Shown here: piece by piece, positions 40,301 to 53,304 of the stretch
Layout: every line of letters begins with the position of its first letter
How positions within the stretch are numbered: position 1 is the first letter of the stretch
Source: Paragordius varius
Lineage: Eukaryota; Animalia; Nematomorpha
DNA: 64,000 nucleotides
Reading direction: 5' to 3'
Assembly (NCBI GenBank): GCA_964247055.1
Contig: OZ176055.1
Span: 2,852,001-2,916,000, forward strand
Position numbers and translations under genes: made by a program
The notes under the pieces: model-generated
The model's input: only the letters and a program-made list of their open reading frames with translations
Told to the model about the DNA's origin: nothing
Databases searched by the model: none

Positions 40301-41936
40301 TGTAAAAATTCGAGAAAGATTTTTCGTATTGCCTGTTAAAAGGCAAAAATTTTAGTCAAGCGTTTCTTTGATGATAGCTGCTGAGTAAGGAGTATCTATC
40401 ATATGTATAGCATGTTAAAAGATATATGGATATTAATACATTATTTATCCTCATCTATATATTTATAAAAATGGAAAATGCTGGCTTTGTGATCTGGTAC
40501 AGGAAAACCGGTAGACCCAATCAAATCCAAATATCGAAAAAATATAATCATTAATAAATGTCCCGACAATAGCTTCGCCCTTTTTTTGAAATAGGCCCCC
40601 AGTTCGGGCCCACCCCGTATGAAAAACGGGTTTTTTTTGAAAACAGAAGTCCACAAAATCGTGTTTTTGAGACAATTTTCCGGAGAACGTGTTGGACCAT
40701 TCAATTTCAAATATGATTTTTGTTTACTTATTTTCGATTGCGCCGAACATAGTCGAGCCACTTTTTTGATTTAGGCCCTCTTTTTACCCGCTCCCCCCGT
40801 AAAATGCCATTTTTTTCAAAAAACAAAGTCCACAAAAATAATTTTTTAAATCGATTTTTCGTCCTAGGTATGAGACCTTAAAAATTCAATAAAGATTCCA
40901 CGTATTCCCTGTTAAAAGGCAAAAATTTTAGTCCACCGTTAATTTGATGATAGCTGCTGGGTAAGGAGCTACCCGCTAAAAACTGATTTTTCATATAACT
41001 TTGTGAACTGTTTCCGGAAAACCGGTGAACCCATTCAAATCCAAACATCGAAAAAATATAATCATTAATGAATGCCCCGACAATAGCTTCGCCCTTTTTT
41101 GGAATTAGGTCCCCAGTTCGGGCCCACCCCGTGTGAAAAATGGGTTAAGTCAATTTTTTGGAGAACGTGTTGGACCATTCAATTTCAAATATGATTTTTG
41201 TTTACTTATTTTCGATTGCGCCGAACATAGTCGAGTCACTTTTTTGATTTAGGCCCTCTTTTTACCCGCTACCCCCGTAAAATGCCATTTTTTTCAAAAA
41301 AAAACAAAGTCCACAAAAATATTTTTTTGATTGTATTTTTTTGTCCACGGTATAAGACTGTAAAAATTCGAGAAAGATTTTTCGTATTGCCTGTTAAAAG
41401 GCAAAAATTTTAGTCAAGCGTTTCTTTGATGATAGCTGAGTAAGGAGTATCTATCATATGTATAGCATGTTAAAAGATATATGGATATTAATACATTATT
41501 TATCCTCATCTATATATTTATAAAAATGGAAAATGCTGGCTTTGTGATCTGGTCAGGAAAACCGGTAGACCCATTCAAATCCAAACTTCGAACCCCCCTC
41601 CCCCCCAGAAGTCCGAAGGACTTCCTCGGGCTGCGTAGCAGCACGAGATTCACGCTAGTAACCAAATAAAAATCATATTTGAAATTGAATGGTCCAACAC
41701 GTTCTCCGGAAAATTGTCTCAACGACACAATTTTTGTGGACTTCTGTTTTCAAAAAAAACACGTTTTTCACACGGGTGGGGCCCGAACTGGGGGCCTATT
41801 TCAAAAAAAGGGCGAAGCTATTTTCGGGGCATTTATTAATGATTATATTTTTTCGATGTTTGGATTTGAATGGGTCTACCGGTTTTCCGGTACCAGATCA
41901 CAAAGCCAGCATTTTCCATTTTTATAAATATATAGA
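37303..41936 (-). mobile_element. Minus-strand Helitron-like element interrupted by a plus-strand copy of the same family
   Basis: 5' A|TC at 41936, internal 5' terminus at 37851, hairpin plus CTAG|T ending at 37303; repeat consensus ATCGAAAA|TAA is split exactly at 38337/41659. Confidence 0.75.
38338..41658 (+). mobile_element. Helitron-like element: three near-identical ~1058-bp units plus terminal mini-module
   Basis: 5' TC termini at 38338, 39396, 40454 and 41509 (periods 1058, 1058, 1055); a single hairpin-CTAG|T end at 41655-41658; inserted between A and T without TSD. Confidence 0.85.
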
Positions 41937-42471
41937 TTTATAAATACACAGGCTAGTTATTTTATTAAATATAGCCAGATAGCACAACAGGAAAGTATAT
42001 AATATTGGCTTATATTCATGTTTTCGCTTTTTTTCTAGATATTAACACCAATAAAAATGCTCTTTGCAATATATGCTACCTGGCATTATTTGATAAATTA
42101 GCAAGTGTACTTCCAAAGACTGTACATTAATAATTTTGTATAATATTTTAGAATTGCCAGGGTTGAAGTATTAAACAGTTCATTAGCTAGCTCGTTAGAT
42201 TAACTATTTTGTATTTTGATTTATTTATTTTTAAATCAATCTATTTTATAATATAACTTTAAAAAAGTTGCCCCCAATAATATTGTTATTTTTTTAAACC
42301 TACCCAAAGATAGAGTTACAAAATGGTACAGTATATGCTACAATATCATATTATCTACCTGATTATTAAAAATATTATTGATTTTAGGACTGCCTTTGGA
42401 ATATATTAATACCCTACTATCTAGAAGTTTTAATTTTCAAGCTTCGTTTTAAAATCATTGTTATAATTTAG

Positions 42472-44794
42472 TTATGATATATTTTTACTTGCTTTCAGTT
42501 TTTCCGTTGGGTCAACATTGCCATTCATGCTTAAATTATCATTATCAACTGAATCAAAATATGGAGGGGAGCCTTGATTATTGCTATTTGGGCCATTTTC
42601 ACAATTTTTGTCGGTGTGCTGTTGGTGAAGGGCTTGATATATGGCATGCTTCATTTTCCATTTTTTATATTGAGCATATGCTAAAAAACTCAGGTATACC
42701 ACCAAGGCTTTGGCCACAAAAGCCGATAATACAACCAACATAATTTTTTTGATGTTCGTGGGTTTAGTTTTGTTGGTTGAGTCATGAAGGTATTGTGCAG
42801 AGGATACATCTTGATTCGTGCTTTCCTTATGTAAATTGTAATAACTTTCATCACAGGTTAAATTAGACTCGGGTATGCTAAATAACAATTTGTTTTGATG
42901 TTCGACGGGATAGCGGCATCTACAATTATAAATAAACGGCAGAAATAAAATCATGTTGACAAAACGTAAAAAAAGAAAACGATAAATTTTTTTAAAAAAA
43001 AGACAACCATACTTTTATGAACCATATTATTTCCTACTTAAACTATATTATTGCAATGTTGAAATATATAATTGACTATTACCAGTCTACGTCTCTATTT
43101 AATTTGGAATACATAATGATAAGTTAAATACAATAACAGAATAAATAGTAAAATTATCATATCTCGATCTAATTAATGTGGAGATTTTTTATTTTATTTA
43201 GTTACGTATTTGATTGAACACTATAGTTTTTTGTCCATAATTTTCCAAAATTTAATTGATAAAAACGAAAAATCTCATACATGGCCAATGACAACATATA
43301 AATTAAATATAACAGACATTTAAAAACAGATATAGCCTTAATGTTCTCCTTTATACTATTAAAAAATCAAGGTTTGTCTGTATAACTTGTTTTTTTACTG
43401 TAATTTCAAATTATATAGGCGAAATTAATTTATAATATTTTATCGCTTTAGGGTAATACAATAAAGTTTCAGAAATTTTTGTAATCTTAATATTTTGGTG
43501 GGTTTTTTTACCTGATATTTTCGGCTTGGTCATTGGTAATCAAAAATTGTTGTTCACTTTTGTTATTATTAACTGTATCGATAATCCATTTTAGGCGACA
43601 ATCACAAACCCATTGATTTCCCTCTAACCGTAAACTGTGATTTATGTTAAATGTTGGCTGCAACAAGGTCGATATATTGTTAAACGACAAATCTAGGGTA
43701 TAAACTTGTATTGGCACACTACTTTGAATGATAGAAAGTTTGGCATTTTTAGTTATGGTTAATTGGCTAAAATACAGATAATTACCCAAATCACCAAAAT
43801 CAAGAGTGTTTAGCTTAGGGCAATCAGATATGGACAAATGTATATTATATTTATTTGCAAGATAATTTGTGGAAATCATTGTTTTTAACATATCTATTAT
43901 CACAAACCCATCAATATAATTGCCACTAATATCTAATGTCTTTACAAGGATTGGCTGTAAATCATTTTTATTATCTTTATACGCCAATTTGGGTATTGAT
44001 TCAAGTTTATTGTAACTAACATTCAAATATTCCAAATGGTTTACTGAAAAATAGAAAAATTGTGGCCATTGATTGGATGTATTATTGTTATTATGTGAAT
44101 AGGTTAAAGTGGTTGTCTTTAAATGATTTGATTCTAAAAATGTACAATGGGAAATATCCAATTTCTCTAATAATATTAGCTGGGAAAATACATTTGAATC
44201 AATAGTAACAATCGGATTGCCAGTAATTATTAGCGTTTGAATAAACGGGCTGTAATAAAATGCATCAGCTTTCAAAGTTGTAATTTCGTTGTAAGATAAA
44301 TCAAGAGATTTAACAAATTTGGCCCCTAAAAGAATGGTAGAATTCCAATTACTTATGCGATTGTGACTTAAATTAAGATCCTCCAACAAAACAAAATGGA
44401 TGAAACCACCATGAACAATGTGATAAATTTGATTATGGGATGCATCAAAAAACCGTAAATTAATTAAACACGTATCTTGATGCGAAAACTTTTTTAGTAT
44501 TTTCAATCCATTGTGAGAAATATCGAACGAATCATAATTCCCCAAACAATCATCGTTAAAATATGGAATGAAGGATAAATTCTTTTGTCTACAATCTATT
44601 TGGGATAGGTATGTATGGTCACAGCAATCACACACAGATACTGGCCAACCACATGGAACACAGTGCGAGGAAAAATCTTTCCGATCCAAATTATTCAAAG
44701 AATCTACTCCAAAAGGCAATAAAATTTGTAGATATAAATATGCGAAAAAATTAAGTTTTATCCCAAAATAAAAAATGAGTTTTTGACCGTTCAT
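42472..44794 (-). CDS. Leucine-rich-repeat type I transmembrane protein (576 aa; exons 44794-43512 and 42919-42472)
   Basis: Hydrophobic N-terminus, Cys-rich LRRNT, about 10 LxxLxLxxNxI repeats, LRRCT GNQWVCDC...IR|CRYP...LTC split by a phase-2 intron (AG|GTAAAA ... TGTAG|A), TM segment IMLVVLSAFVAKALVVYLSFLAYA, short cytoplasmic tail without TIR. Confidence 0.9.
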
Positions 44795-45364
44795 GACACT
44801 AATCTATGTGGGAATATATCCATTCCATTTCATCTTGTATAGTATGTTTTAAGTGAATTCTTTGATAAATTTCCTTGTGCGTTATTACGTAAATGTATGT
44901 GGTGGAAATATATTTTTTAATTTTTTAAAAAATTTGAATACTTACTTCCACATATATGGTGAAATTTTTATATACACAAAAATAATATTTTATAGAAAAA
45001 ATGAATCATTCTAGCATATAGGTATTGAGAGTTAGTTGCCTTTTGATATAAAATAACGTTTTCATATACCCCCGTGTCTGCTTATATCAATAAAAATACC
45101 AATAAAATGAATCGTAAAATTAAAAAAAATTCCTTTTTTAAAAAAATGGATATACATTAGTAGCAGGCATATACCATAAATTTAAACTCTATAATTTAAT
45201 TGAATTTCAGAGTTTGTGACTAGATAAGCATAGGAATTAGTTTGAATAAAACAAAGGCCTAGGTTAATTGCATTGTACATTATGATGGTTAAAATTATAT
45301 TACGTAAAATTACATTTAGGATACTATTTGAAAATTTAAAAATATGTAAAGAATCTATTAAAAC

Positions 45365-46430
45365 CAGGGCTTATTCGAGTCTAAATTTGGAACCGGTTTC
45401 AAAACGGTTTTTAACATCTTAACTGGTTCTTCCGGTTTTTTACATTTTATCAGTTCTAGAACCGGTTATGTAAAATTTCAACCAGTTCTTAAAATCTCAA
45501 AACTGATCCGGTTTCGGTTCTTGCATTTTTTGGTTTCAGAACCGGCTCTCTATAGAATAAATCCGGTTTTACGATCATAATCCATATATCTGAGAATTAT
45601 TTCTAAAACATACATATCAAAGCACCTGTTATTCAATCAATTAAATTAGATTATATAATCAACAAACGATTTGATAAGTGTTAATTAATTATTTATAAAT
45701 TTATTTAGTATATAGAGGTAAATAAATTATTCAATTTTTAAAAAAATGATGGCTTTCACTCTCTTATGACAATGATGATCAAAGATTCGAGCAAATAAAT
45801 TTAAAAGTTGAAAATGATCTCTCTATACTGACGTAAAATATTAGTAATATAAAATACTTGGAATGCCTGGTATCATAATTATTTTCACAAGATTATACAA
45901 TTCGCTATTCTTAAACTTTAAATGTTCCCATAACTCCAAAGTTTTTGTGGAAAATTGCAGTTAAGTCAAAATCAAATATTATATCCTTTATAACTTTGTT
46001 ATTGTATAAGTATTCCTTTTTGTCATTAAATACAATTTAAAATTATCGCCCACTTTCATTGATTACTAGACTTACTTCATTCGACGTAATAAGTATATAA
46101 ACCAATAAGTTATTTCTTGCGTATAAAAGATTCCCTTTAAAACAAGGATCCACAGAGAAAAGAATTGGATTTTTAAGATATTGCTGTTTTCTATTGAGTA
46201 AACATTTCATTATACAACTATTTTTAAAATGATCTAACTCAAAAATTAACTTCGTCTAGATGTCAAAAAAATGTGAAAGAGTAATTAATTTGCTCAAAGT
46301 ATTATAATTTATTACATAAGAGTGTAACAATACTTAAAGCTGTCCCATAATAACTTTAGTAACTTGGTCACTAATACAAAACCGGTTCTAAAACAGTTCT
46401 TTAAATTCGCTTCTCTGGTTCCAAGCCCTG
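45365..46430. mobile_element. hAT-like non-autonomous element (GAACCGG-rich subtermini) about 570 bp upstream of the LRR gene
   Basis: TIR CAGGGCTT / AAGCCCTG; flanks ATTAAAAC and ATTAACCC (6/8). Confidence 0.6.
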
Positions 46431-48008
46431 ATTAACCCATAGGACTTATGGTATCGATACACAACTTGGGGTTCAGATAGTGATGTCAAAATATATTCAC
46501 GTTTCTGATTTCGCTGAAAACACATTACGCAGACAACCAGAATTTAATACTTATTTAGTTAAATGCTATATAAAATTTAAAATTTTAAGCATAATATTTA
46601 TTTAAGGGATTGTCACTAACACTCAAGTATTTATTTCATTTAACTTAATCTTTTGACAAAACTTGCCAATATGGAAAATAGTGTATTCGCGATTTTTAGC
46701 AAGACTATTCAATTCACATGTTGATAACAAATTGATTATCAAAGATACCACAAAAAATGTCTATAGTCAAACTTCTTTAATACAGAATATATTTCAAAAA
46801 ATTATATTTTTTAATTCAGATTTGTCACTATTCATAGATGGCATAGATACATAAATTTTGTAGAAAAAAATCGAAACAAAAAAGTTTTCGCTATTGATAA
46901 TACTTAGGTAAAATTATTTTTGTTCACGCATAATAATGATTTTTTAAATACGTACTTTTATAAAGTACGGTTTGGAAGCCCTTATACACTGATAAAATCT
47001 AAAATTTTCACTTTAAGGTAAAAATTAAATCAAAACAAATGCGAAGATATGTAATCCTTAATGGCATGCAGACGGTATGCGGTGTATATCAATTTTATAA
47101 AAAAAATGTACAAAAGATGTTTTATTGTTGCCAAGTATTCACCAAAAAATATTTTACAAAGTTTGATAGAAAATGCTCTTACGAAACAATATGCGTTCAA
47201 TAGCAAATCAAATGAGTTTTATAGCCGGGAGAATTTAATTATTTTATATTATTTTCTTTGAAAAGTACGCTGAATATTTCATTATGCAGCTGGAGTAATA
47301 TTATGGATTGGTAGAGCCAGTGGCTTTTTTGGAACTATTTTGAGATAAAAAATTAGAACCTAAAATTTTTTAACGGTTTCATATATATTTTTTGGTACAA
47401 CCATATTTTTTAATATTGACTGCTATCTTTTCCGTATCAAGAAGATTTCCATATAATATATATTAGTGAATCAAATTTATTTTGCAATATGCATTTGTAG
47501 CATTTTATCCGCATAGCATCTATATATTTAGAAAAATGGAAAATGCTGGCTTTGTGATCTGGTACCGGAAAACCGGTAGACCCAATCGAATCCAAATATC
47601 GAAAAAAATATAATCATTAAATGTCCCGACAATAGCTTCGCCCTTTTTTAAAAATCGGCTCCCAATTCGGGCCCACCCCGTGTAAAAAACGGGTTGAGAC
47701 AATTTTCCGGAGAACGTGTTGGACCATTCAATTTCAAATATGATTTTTTTTTACTTATTTTCGATTGCGCCGAACATAGTCGACTCACTTTTTTGATTTA
47801 CGCCCTCTTTTTACGCTACCCCCGTATAATGCCATTTTTTAAAAAACAAAGTTTACAAAAATAATTTTTTAAATCTATTTTTCGCCATAGGTATGAGAAC
47901 GTAAAAATTCAATATGGATTCCACGTATTCCCTGTTAAAAGGCAAAAATTTTAGTCAAGCGTTTCTTTGATGATAGCTGCTGAGTAAGGGGCTACCCGCT
48001 AAAAACTG

Positions 48009-49640
48009 ACCCGTCATATCGAAATAGCGTGCCTATGGGGCTAAATTTCAGAAAACCTATCAGGCCATATGAGTTCAATAGCTGCTTAAAATATTACCCG
48101 TAACAAGGCAAAAATTTAGGTCGTGCGGTTTTAAAACTAGCCGTTTATTAAGCCCTTCACGCCCTGATAAAGGCGCCACCATAGGCAGAATTTTTATTTT
48201 GAGGCAATTTTTGCAAAAACTAATGAGAGCATATGGAATCAATCATGATTCCAGGTATCCGTAAAAGGGCAAAAATTTTAAACAAGCGCTTTTTTGTATC
48301 AGCCTATGGGTAGTGAGCTACCCCCTTAAAACTGCGCTGCCATATCGAAATTGCGTTGTTTAGGAGTTAATTTTCAGAAAACATATCAGGCCACATAGGT
48401 CTATTAAGGGCCTGAAATATTACCCGTAAAAGGGCAAAAATTTAAGTCGAGCGATTTTTTAAATTTGCCGTTAGGTCTTTACGGCCTAAAAAATGCGCTA
48501 TCATTGAACTATTATTTAGTTTTGAAGCCATTCTTCCAAAAAGGAATACGAACATATGGAATAATTGGTGATTCTAGGTATTCCCCTATAAAGGCAAAAT
48601 TTTTATCGAACGTCTTTTTTATATTGGCTTCTGGAAAGGGGGCTACCCGCCTATAATTGCGCCACCATATGGAGACAGCGATACTTTGGAGGCAAATTTT
48701 AATAAACTTATCAGGCCATATGAGTTTAATAAGGGTTTGAAATATTAACCGTAAAGAGGCATAAATTTAAGTAGAGCGGTTTTATTCAAATACCCCTTAA
48801 TTAGGCCCAAAAATGAGCCACCATAGAATGACTTTTTGGTTTTGAGGCAATTTTTCGAAAATCCCACGAGAGCATATGGAATTCATGATTCCAGGTATTA
48901 CCAAAATTAAGGAAAAAATATAAATCAAGCGTTTTTTTCGCCCCTGGTTAGAGGGCTACCTGCGTAAAACTGCGTCACTATATCGATACAGCATAGCTTT
49001 GGAGCCAAATTTCAGAAAACCTATGAGACTCTGTGAGTTCTTATTACCCCCTAAAAAACAAATATTTTAGTATAGGGGCTTATTTTAATGAGACGCTAAG
49101 TTTTACGCCCTAAAAAATGCGCCGCCATTGAAATATTTTTTAGTTAAGCTTTATTTTTAAAAATTTAGAGGAACATATGGAACCCAATTCCACATATTCC
49201 CCATATAAAGGCAAAAATTTGCCCAACTCTTTTTTTATACCTGCCACTGGATAAGGAGCTACCCGTCAAAAACTGCGCCATTAGATAAAAATTGCGTTGT
49301 TTTGGAGCTAATTTACAGAAAATTTATCCATATGAGCTCATGCTTGAAATATCACCCGTAACTAGGTAAATGGTCAGGCGTTTCTTATTAGCAGTTAATT
49401 TGGGGCCTTTCTGCCCTAATACGCCATCATATAACGATTATTTAGTGTTGAGATATTTTTCAACATGAGACGATGGTAACAAAGATGATTCCAAATATTT
49501 GCCCTACAAAGGCAAAATTAACTCAGCGCTTTTTCCATATAGGTCTATGGGTAGGGGTCTGCCGGTTTAAAACTGAGACGCCAACAAAAATGGCGCGGTG
49601 GAGCTAATTTTCAAAAAACTTAAGAAGCCATGCGAGCTCA
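48009..49640 (+). repeat. Diverged tandem array, about five ~300-326-bp dimers of ~160-bp monomers
   Basis: Recurring AGGCAAAAATTT (47940, 48105, 48268, 48433, 48592, 48757, 49209, 49510) and AAAACTG (48002, 48328, 48966, 49270, 49569). Confidence 0.75.
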
Positions 49641-49990
49641 GTTAAACACATTTCTGGGGTTGTATTATATCTTTCTTTTCTAGACCATAAATAATTTACT
49701 TTTTATATCCCTTCATCCCAGCTGTCTGAACAAAATTTCAAAATAAAACTTTAAACCATGATTTCGTAAATGAAATCTTAAACTAAATCCAATGATAATT
49801 GAATATTAACTTTAATAAGGGACAGTTTAAATATGGTCAATTTAGAGTAAACAATATTTTAGCCTCACAAACACATAAAAGAATAATTAAAGACATTTTT
49901 CCATTAACTATGTTTTTTATTATTTTTTATCTCCTGCAAATAATTAGGAATAATTATCGGTGAGACTACGTCACAGCGAAGCGTGACAGG

Positions 49991-52144
49991 TAGTGGCGGA
50001 ACCCCCCCAAAAAAATCGTTTGCAGTTTTTTTCACCTGCATCTCTTAGATTTGTAAAGAAATAATATATTTAAAAAGAATAATATTTACATGACCTGGCA
50101 TTCTGATACTAAAATGTTGCTTTCCTGGTATTTTATATATGATACTTAGTGCCCACCTGCCCATCCCAACCACCGCCTTCCTTAATCTTAAGGTTTATTT
50201 TTAGAGTTTAAAATAATTAAATAACTTATTAAGAGCATGTATTAACAGAAAATCATGTTTAAAAATTAATTTTCTTGTTTTTGCGTGAGCATATTTTCTA
50301 ATTATATCTTTTTTTATCAATTTGATCCGCCATCTCTGCTTAGATTGCTAGTAACGATAAATTGCTCAATTTTCAGCCATCGTGCTTCTAATATTTTTTA
50401 AATATTTTTAACTTTGAGAGTGAACGTTCCGCTGCAGCAACCGTAACTGGTAAAGAAAACAATAATAATACTGTTATAACTTCATCACAACTGGCTAATA
50501 GCTCTGCAAATTGCCTGGTATTGTAAATTTGTGCGATCTCTTCCTTAAGCGATAAACCATGACGTGCTGTCACTAATATGGGCATAATTATGAAAACCTA
50601 TTTTATTATAAAGAATTAATTCCTAGTTCATAAATGGGACAGCTTGTTTAGTAAAGCTTTCTCTATTTCGCTCGCCTGCATCCTCACATATTTTGTTTTT
50701 CTTATCCACACATTGTCAAAATATGCGCAGAATACGGGTAGGAATAGCAGCGGGCAAACTTCTTAAACCTAAACTAATTGCTAAAAGTTATATTTTCGGA
50801 ATTCGCATAGATAAAATTTTGACAGCTGTTTAGTCAAAATAATAAAATATTTTTTATGGTAATATGGCTTTTTGAAATTATAATAACAGCGCTTCAAACC
50901 GGTCCCAAAAAATGGAACTAGAACCTGTCTCTAATTTAAAAATGAAACAGGAATCAGTTCCGGTTCGAAGGCCTGATAAATATGTATAAATGTACTAATT
51001 AAATGGAATATGAATGTGCGGACCGCTAAGAATTTTAAATTTTGAGAATGGCCCGCTGAAAAAAATTGCCTACCTCTGTTTTTGTGTGTGGTGAAAGTTT
51101 ATCAAAAATTTTATGTTTTCGAACAAAAAATAAATTTGAACATGCATCAAAGGTTTAAATAAAAAAACAATGCACATTAATGGATACGAGCTAACAAATG
51201 TTGACCAATTCACTTTACAGTAAAGTATGTGAAATAACAATCATTTTGTAAAATTTAAACAAATTTTATTCACAATGTATGCATTGAAAAACATTTTCTT
51301 TACAAATTTATTGTTATTTCTCATATTTTGCTGTAATATGAATAGCCAACATTAATGTGAGTTTGCCTGCATTAAATTGCATATTGTATAAATAAATTAA
51401 AATTATACTTGTTAGAGAATATTGTTATGATGAATGTTTTTCTTTTTTCCCTCTTTTTTTAGTAAAACTTCCAAATTACTAAAGGGACAAACAATATCAT
51501 TATGGCTAAATTTGATGGATAGTGAAAACAATGCATTTTTTGTTCTTTATTCCTTTTACTCAATAATATTAAAATTTACATGAACCCATATTCTCATAAT
51601 AATTAATTGTCTTTCACACTGCATAAAAAAATAAATTTTTACGCTATGTGAATATATTATTTTATGAGATTTTATTTGTGGTTATTTTAATTTAACAGAG
51701 GCAAAATACATCTGTCAAAATTTTGTGAATTCTCATAAAATTATCATACTATAATTTTTAATAACAAAATAATTTAGGACTTGAAAATTTATTTACACTT
51801 AATTTTTGGTGTCAACTATCAAGCTAAACTCATTTTCACTGGAGAGAATTTAAAGGTCTTAGTTATTAACTTATAATACCGCTTTTGAGATAGTGAAAAA
51901 ATTCATCTTTTCGCTTTTTTTCCTTTCAATCAATAATAATTCTCTTTATATTTGCCAGTATACTTCCATCAGGCAATCATTACTTATATATCTGTAAATA
52001 AAAAAAAGGTAATAAATTTTAGCCCTTCCTGCTAAATAAAAAGGTGGCCCGAATTTAATATAAATAATAAAAAAGGGCTGTTTTGCCTTGGGCCCCCCCC
52101 CCCCCCCGCACTGCTACCCCTAGCTCTTCGTAGTTTCGCCACTG
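49991..52144 (-). mobile_element. Defective hAT transposon with C-terminal dimerisation-domain relic
   Basis: TIRs TAGTGGCGGAAC / rc CAGTGGCGAAAC; perfect 8-bp TSD GTGACAGG (49983-49990, 52145-52152); minus-strand LPVTVAAAERSLSKLK...IRSTM matches the hAT dimerisation motif. Confidence 0.9.
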
Positions 52145-53304
52145 GTGACAGGGCCAGCTAGTACACTATAATTCCATGAGAAAAACAAGAAAATGTTACC
52201 GAAAACCATTTGTAAAAACATTAAACCAGAAGTATAATACTTTTTTGGAAAAAATATTAGGACTCGGAACCGGATCTGCCCACACCCGTTTTTTTTATCA
52301 ACCACAAAGAAAAAAGTGTAAAATAAACGGTTGATAATTATATTCTATTTTTGTTGTAAACATACATTTCGTTTAGTTTATTAGCTGAACGATTATTTAT
52401 TCCTCTAATTGTTATCTTTACACGAATTTTGCAAGAACTGTATTATTCTAACCTTTAGGCAATTATTTATTGCTATTTTTTATAATGGTATTAATTGACT
52501 TACGTTTTTTACAATTTATTATATTATGATTTAATTAATCTAAAAATATTTCATTTTAATAATTTTCTATGATTGCGAGCAAATTTCCAAAACTAAAAAT
52601 AATAGTGGCTAAAATGGTACACTAATTTTAGACGAATAAATTAATAGCGGCTAAAATGTAACCCTAATTTTAGCAGTCAAATAAATTAATAGCGAAAAAA
52701 ATCCATCAATTTTCGCTGCCAAAACGATCATGTAATTTTTTATAAAAAGTTAAAGATATCCAATAGCTAAAAATTGTAGCAATTTATAAGAGAAAGCGTA
52801 CAAAAACGATTTGATTGTATGTTCATATTTTTGTGAGATCCCGCTGTTTATAGGTCGAGAATGCGGCTCATAAAGCTATCTGTGTTAGAAAGGCCTGACT
52901 CTTGACTCAAAAAATTTATTGGATGAGACATGATAAAATCGTTATTTATTCGCATGTAATTATTTGGTTAATTTGATGATAATTACATAGAACTTTATAA
53001 AAAATAATGACATCTAATATTATTACAATTTTTTCAAGTGCACAAAAAATAAATGAATAACTTTTTAAATCTACCATAAATTATAAAATAATAGTATTTA
53101 TAATTTTGCAAAGCATTGCAATTTTAAAATTTAATATCTAAGTGAAGGGTATTATCATACCGTTTGAATAGAGTAAGGTATGCTTTGATATGCAAATATA
53201 AGAAATTTATAAAAATAAAAGAATACTGTCAAAATTACACAGGTTACGTTTAAATATAATTAAATAATAATCATGCATTTATGTGTTTAAGTGATTTGAA
53301 TGTG

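Larger units (their letters stand above)
47519..52161 (+). mobile_element. Helitron-like element with old diverged satellite and a different 3' hairpin, disrupted by a hAT insertion
   Basis: A|TCTATATATTTAGAAAAATGG at 47519; one young unit, then ~300-326-bp diverged units to about 49640; reconstituted end GTCACAGCGAAGCGTGAC-AGGGCCAG-CTAG|T finishing at 52161. Whether both ends belong to one element is inferred. Confidence 0.6.

Noticed and set aside
38338-41658. CRISPR-like or phage-like array
   Set aside because: Repeats are hundreds of bp long without unique spacers, there are no cas genes, and the context is an intron-containing eukaryotic genome.
49810-49860. GGACAGTT...AGAGTA resembling the Helitron helicase HGQLYVALSRV motif
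   Set aside because: Only patchy nucleotide resemblance with no supporting upstream motifs; a TBLASTN against RepHel proteins would be needed.
50388-50585. Functional or domesticated hAT/ZMYM-like gene
   Set aside because: Short fragment with frameshifts and stops on both sides, inside a TIR/TSD-bounded defective element.
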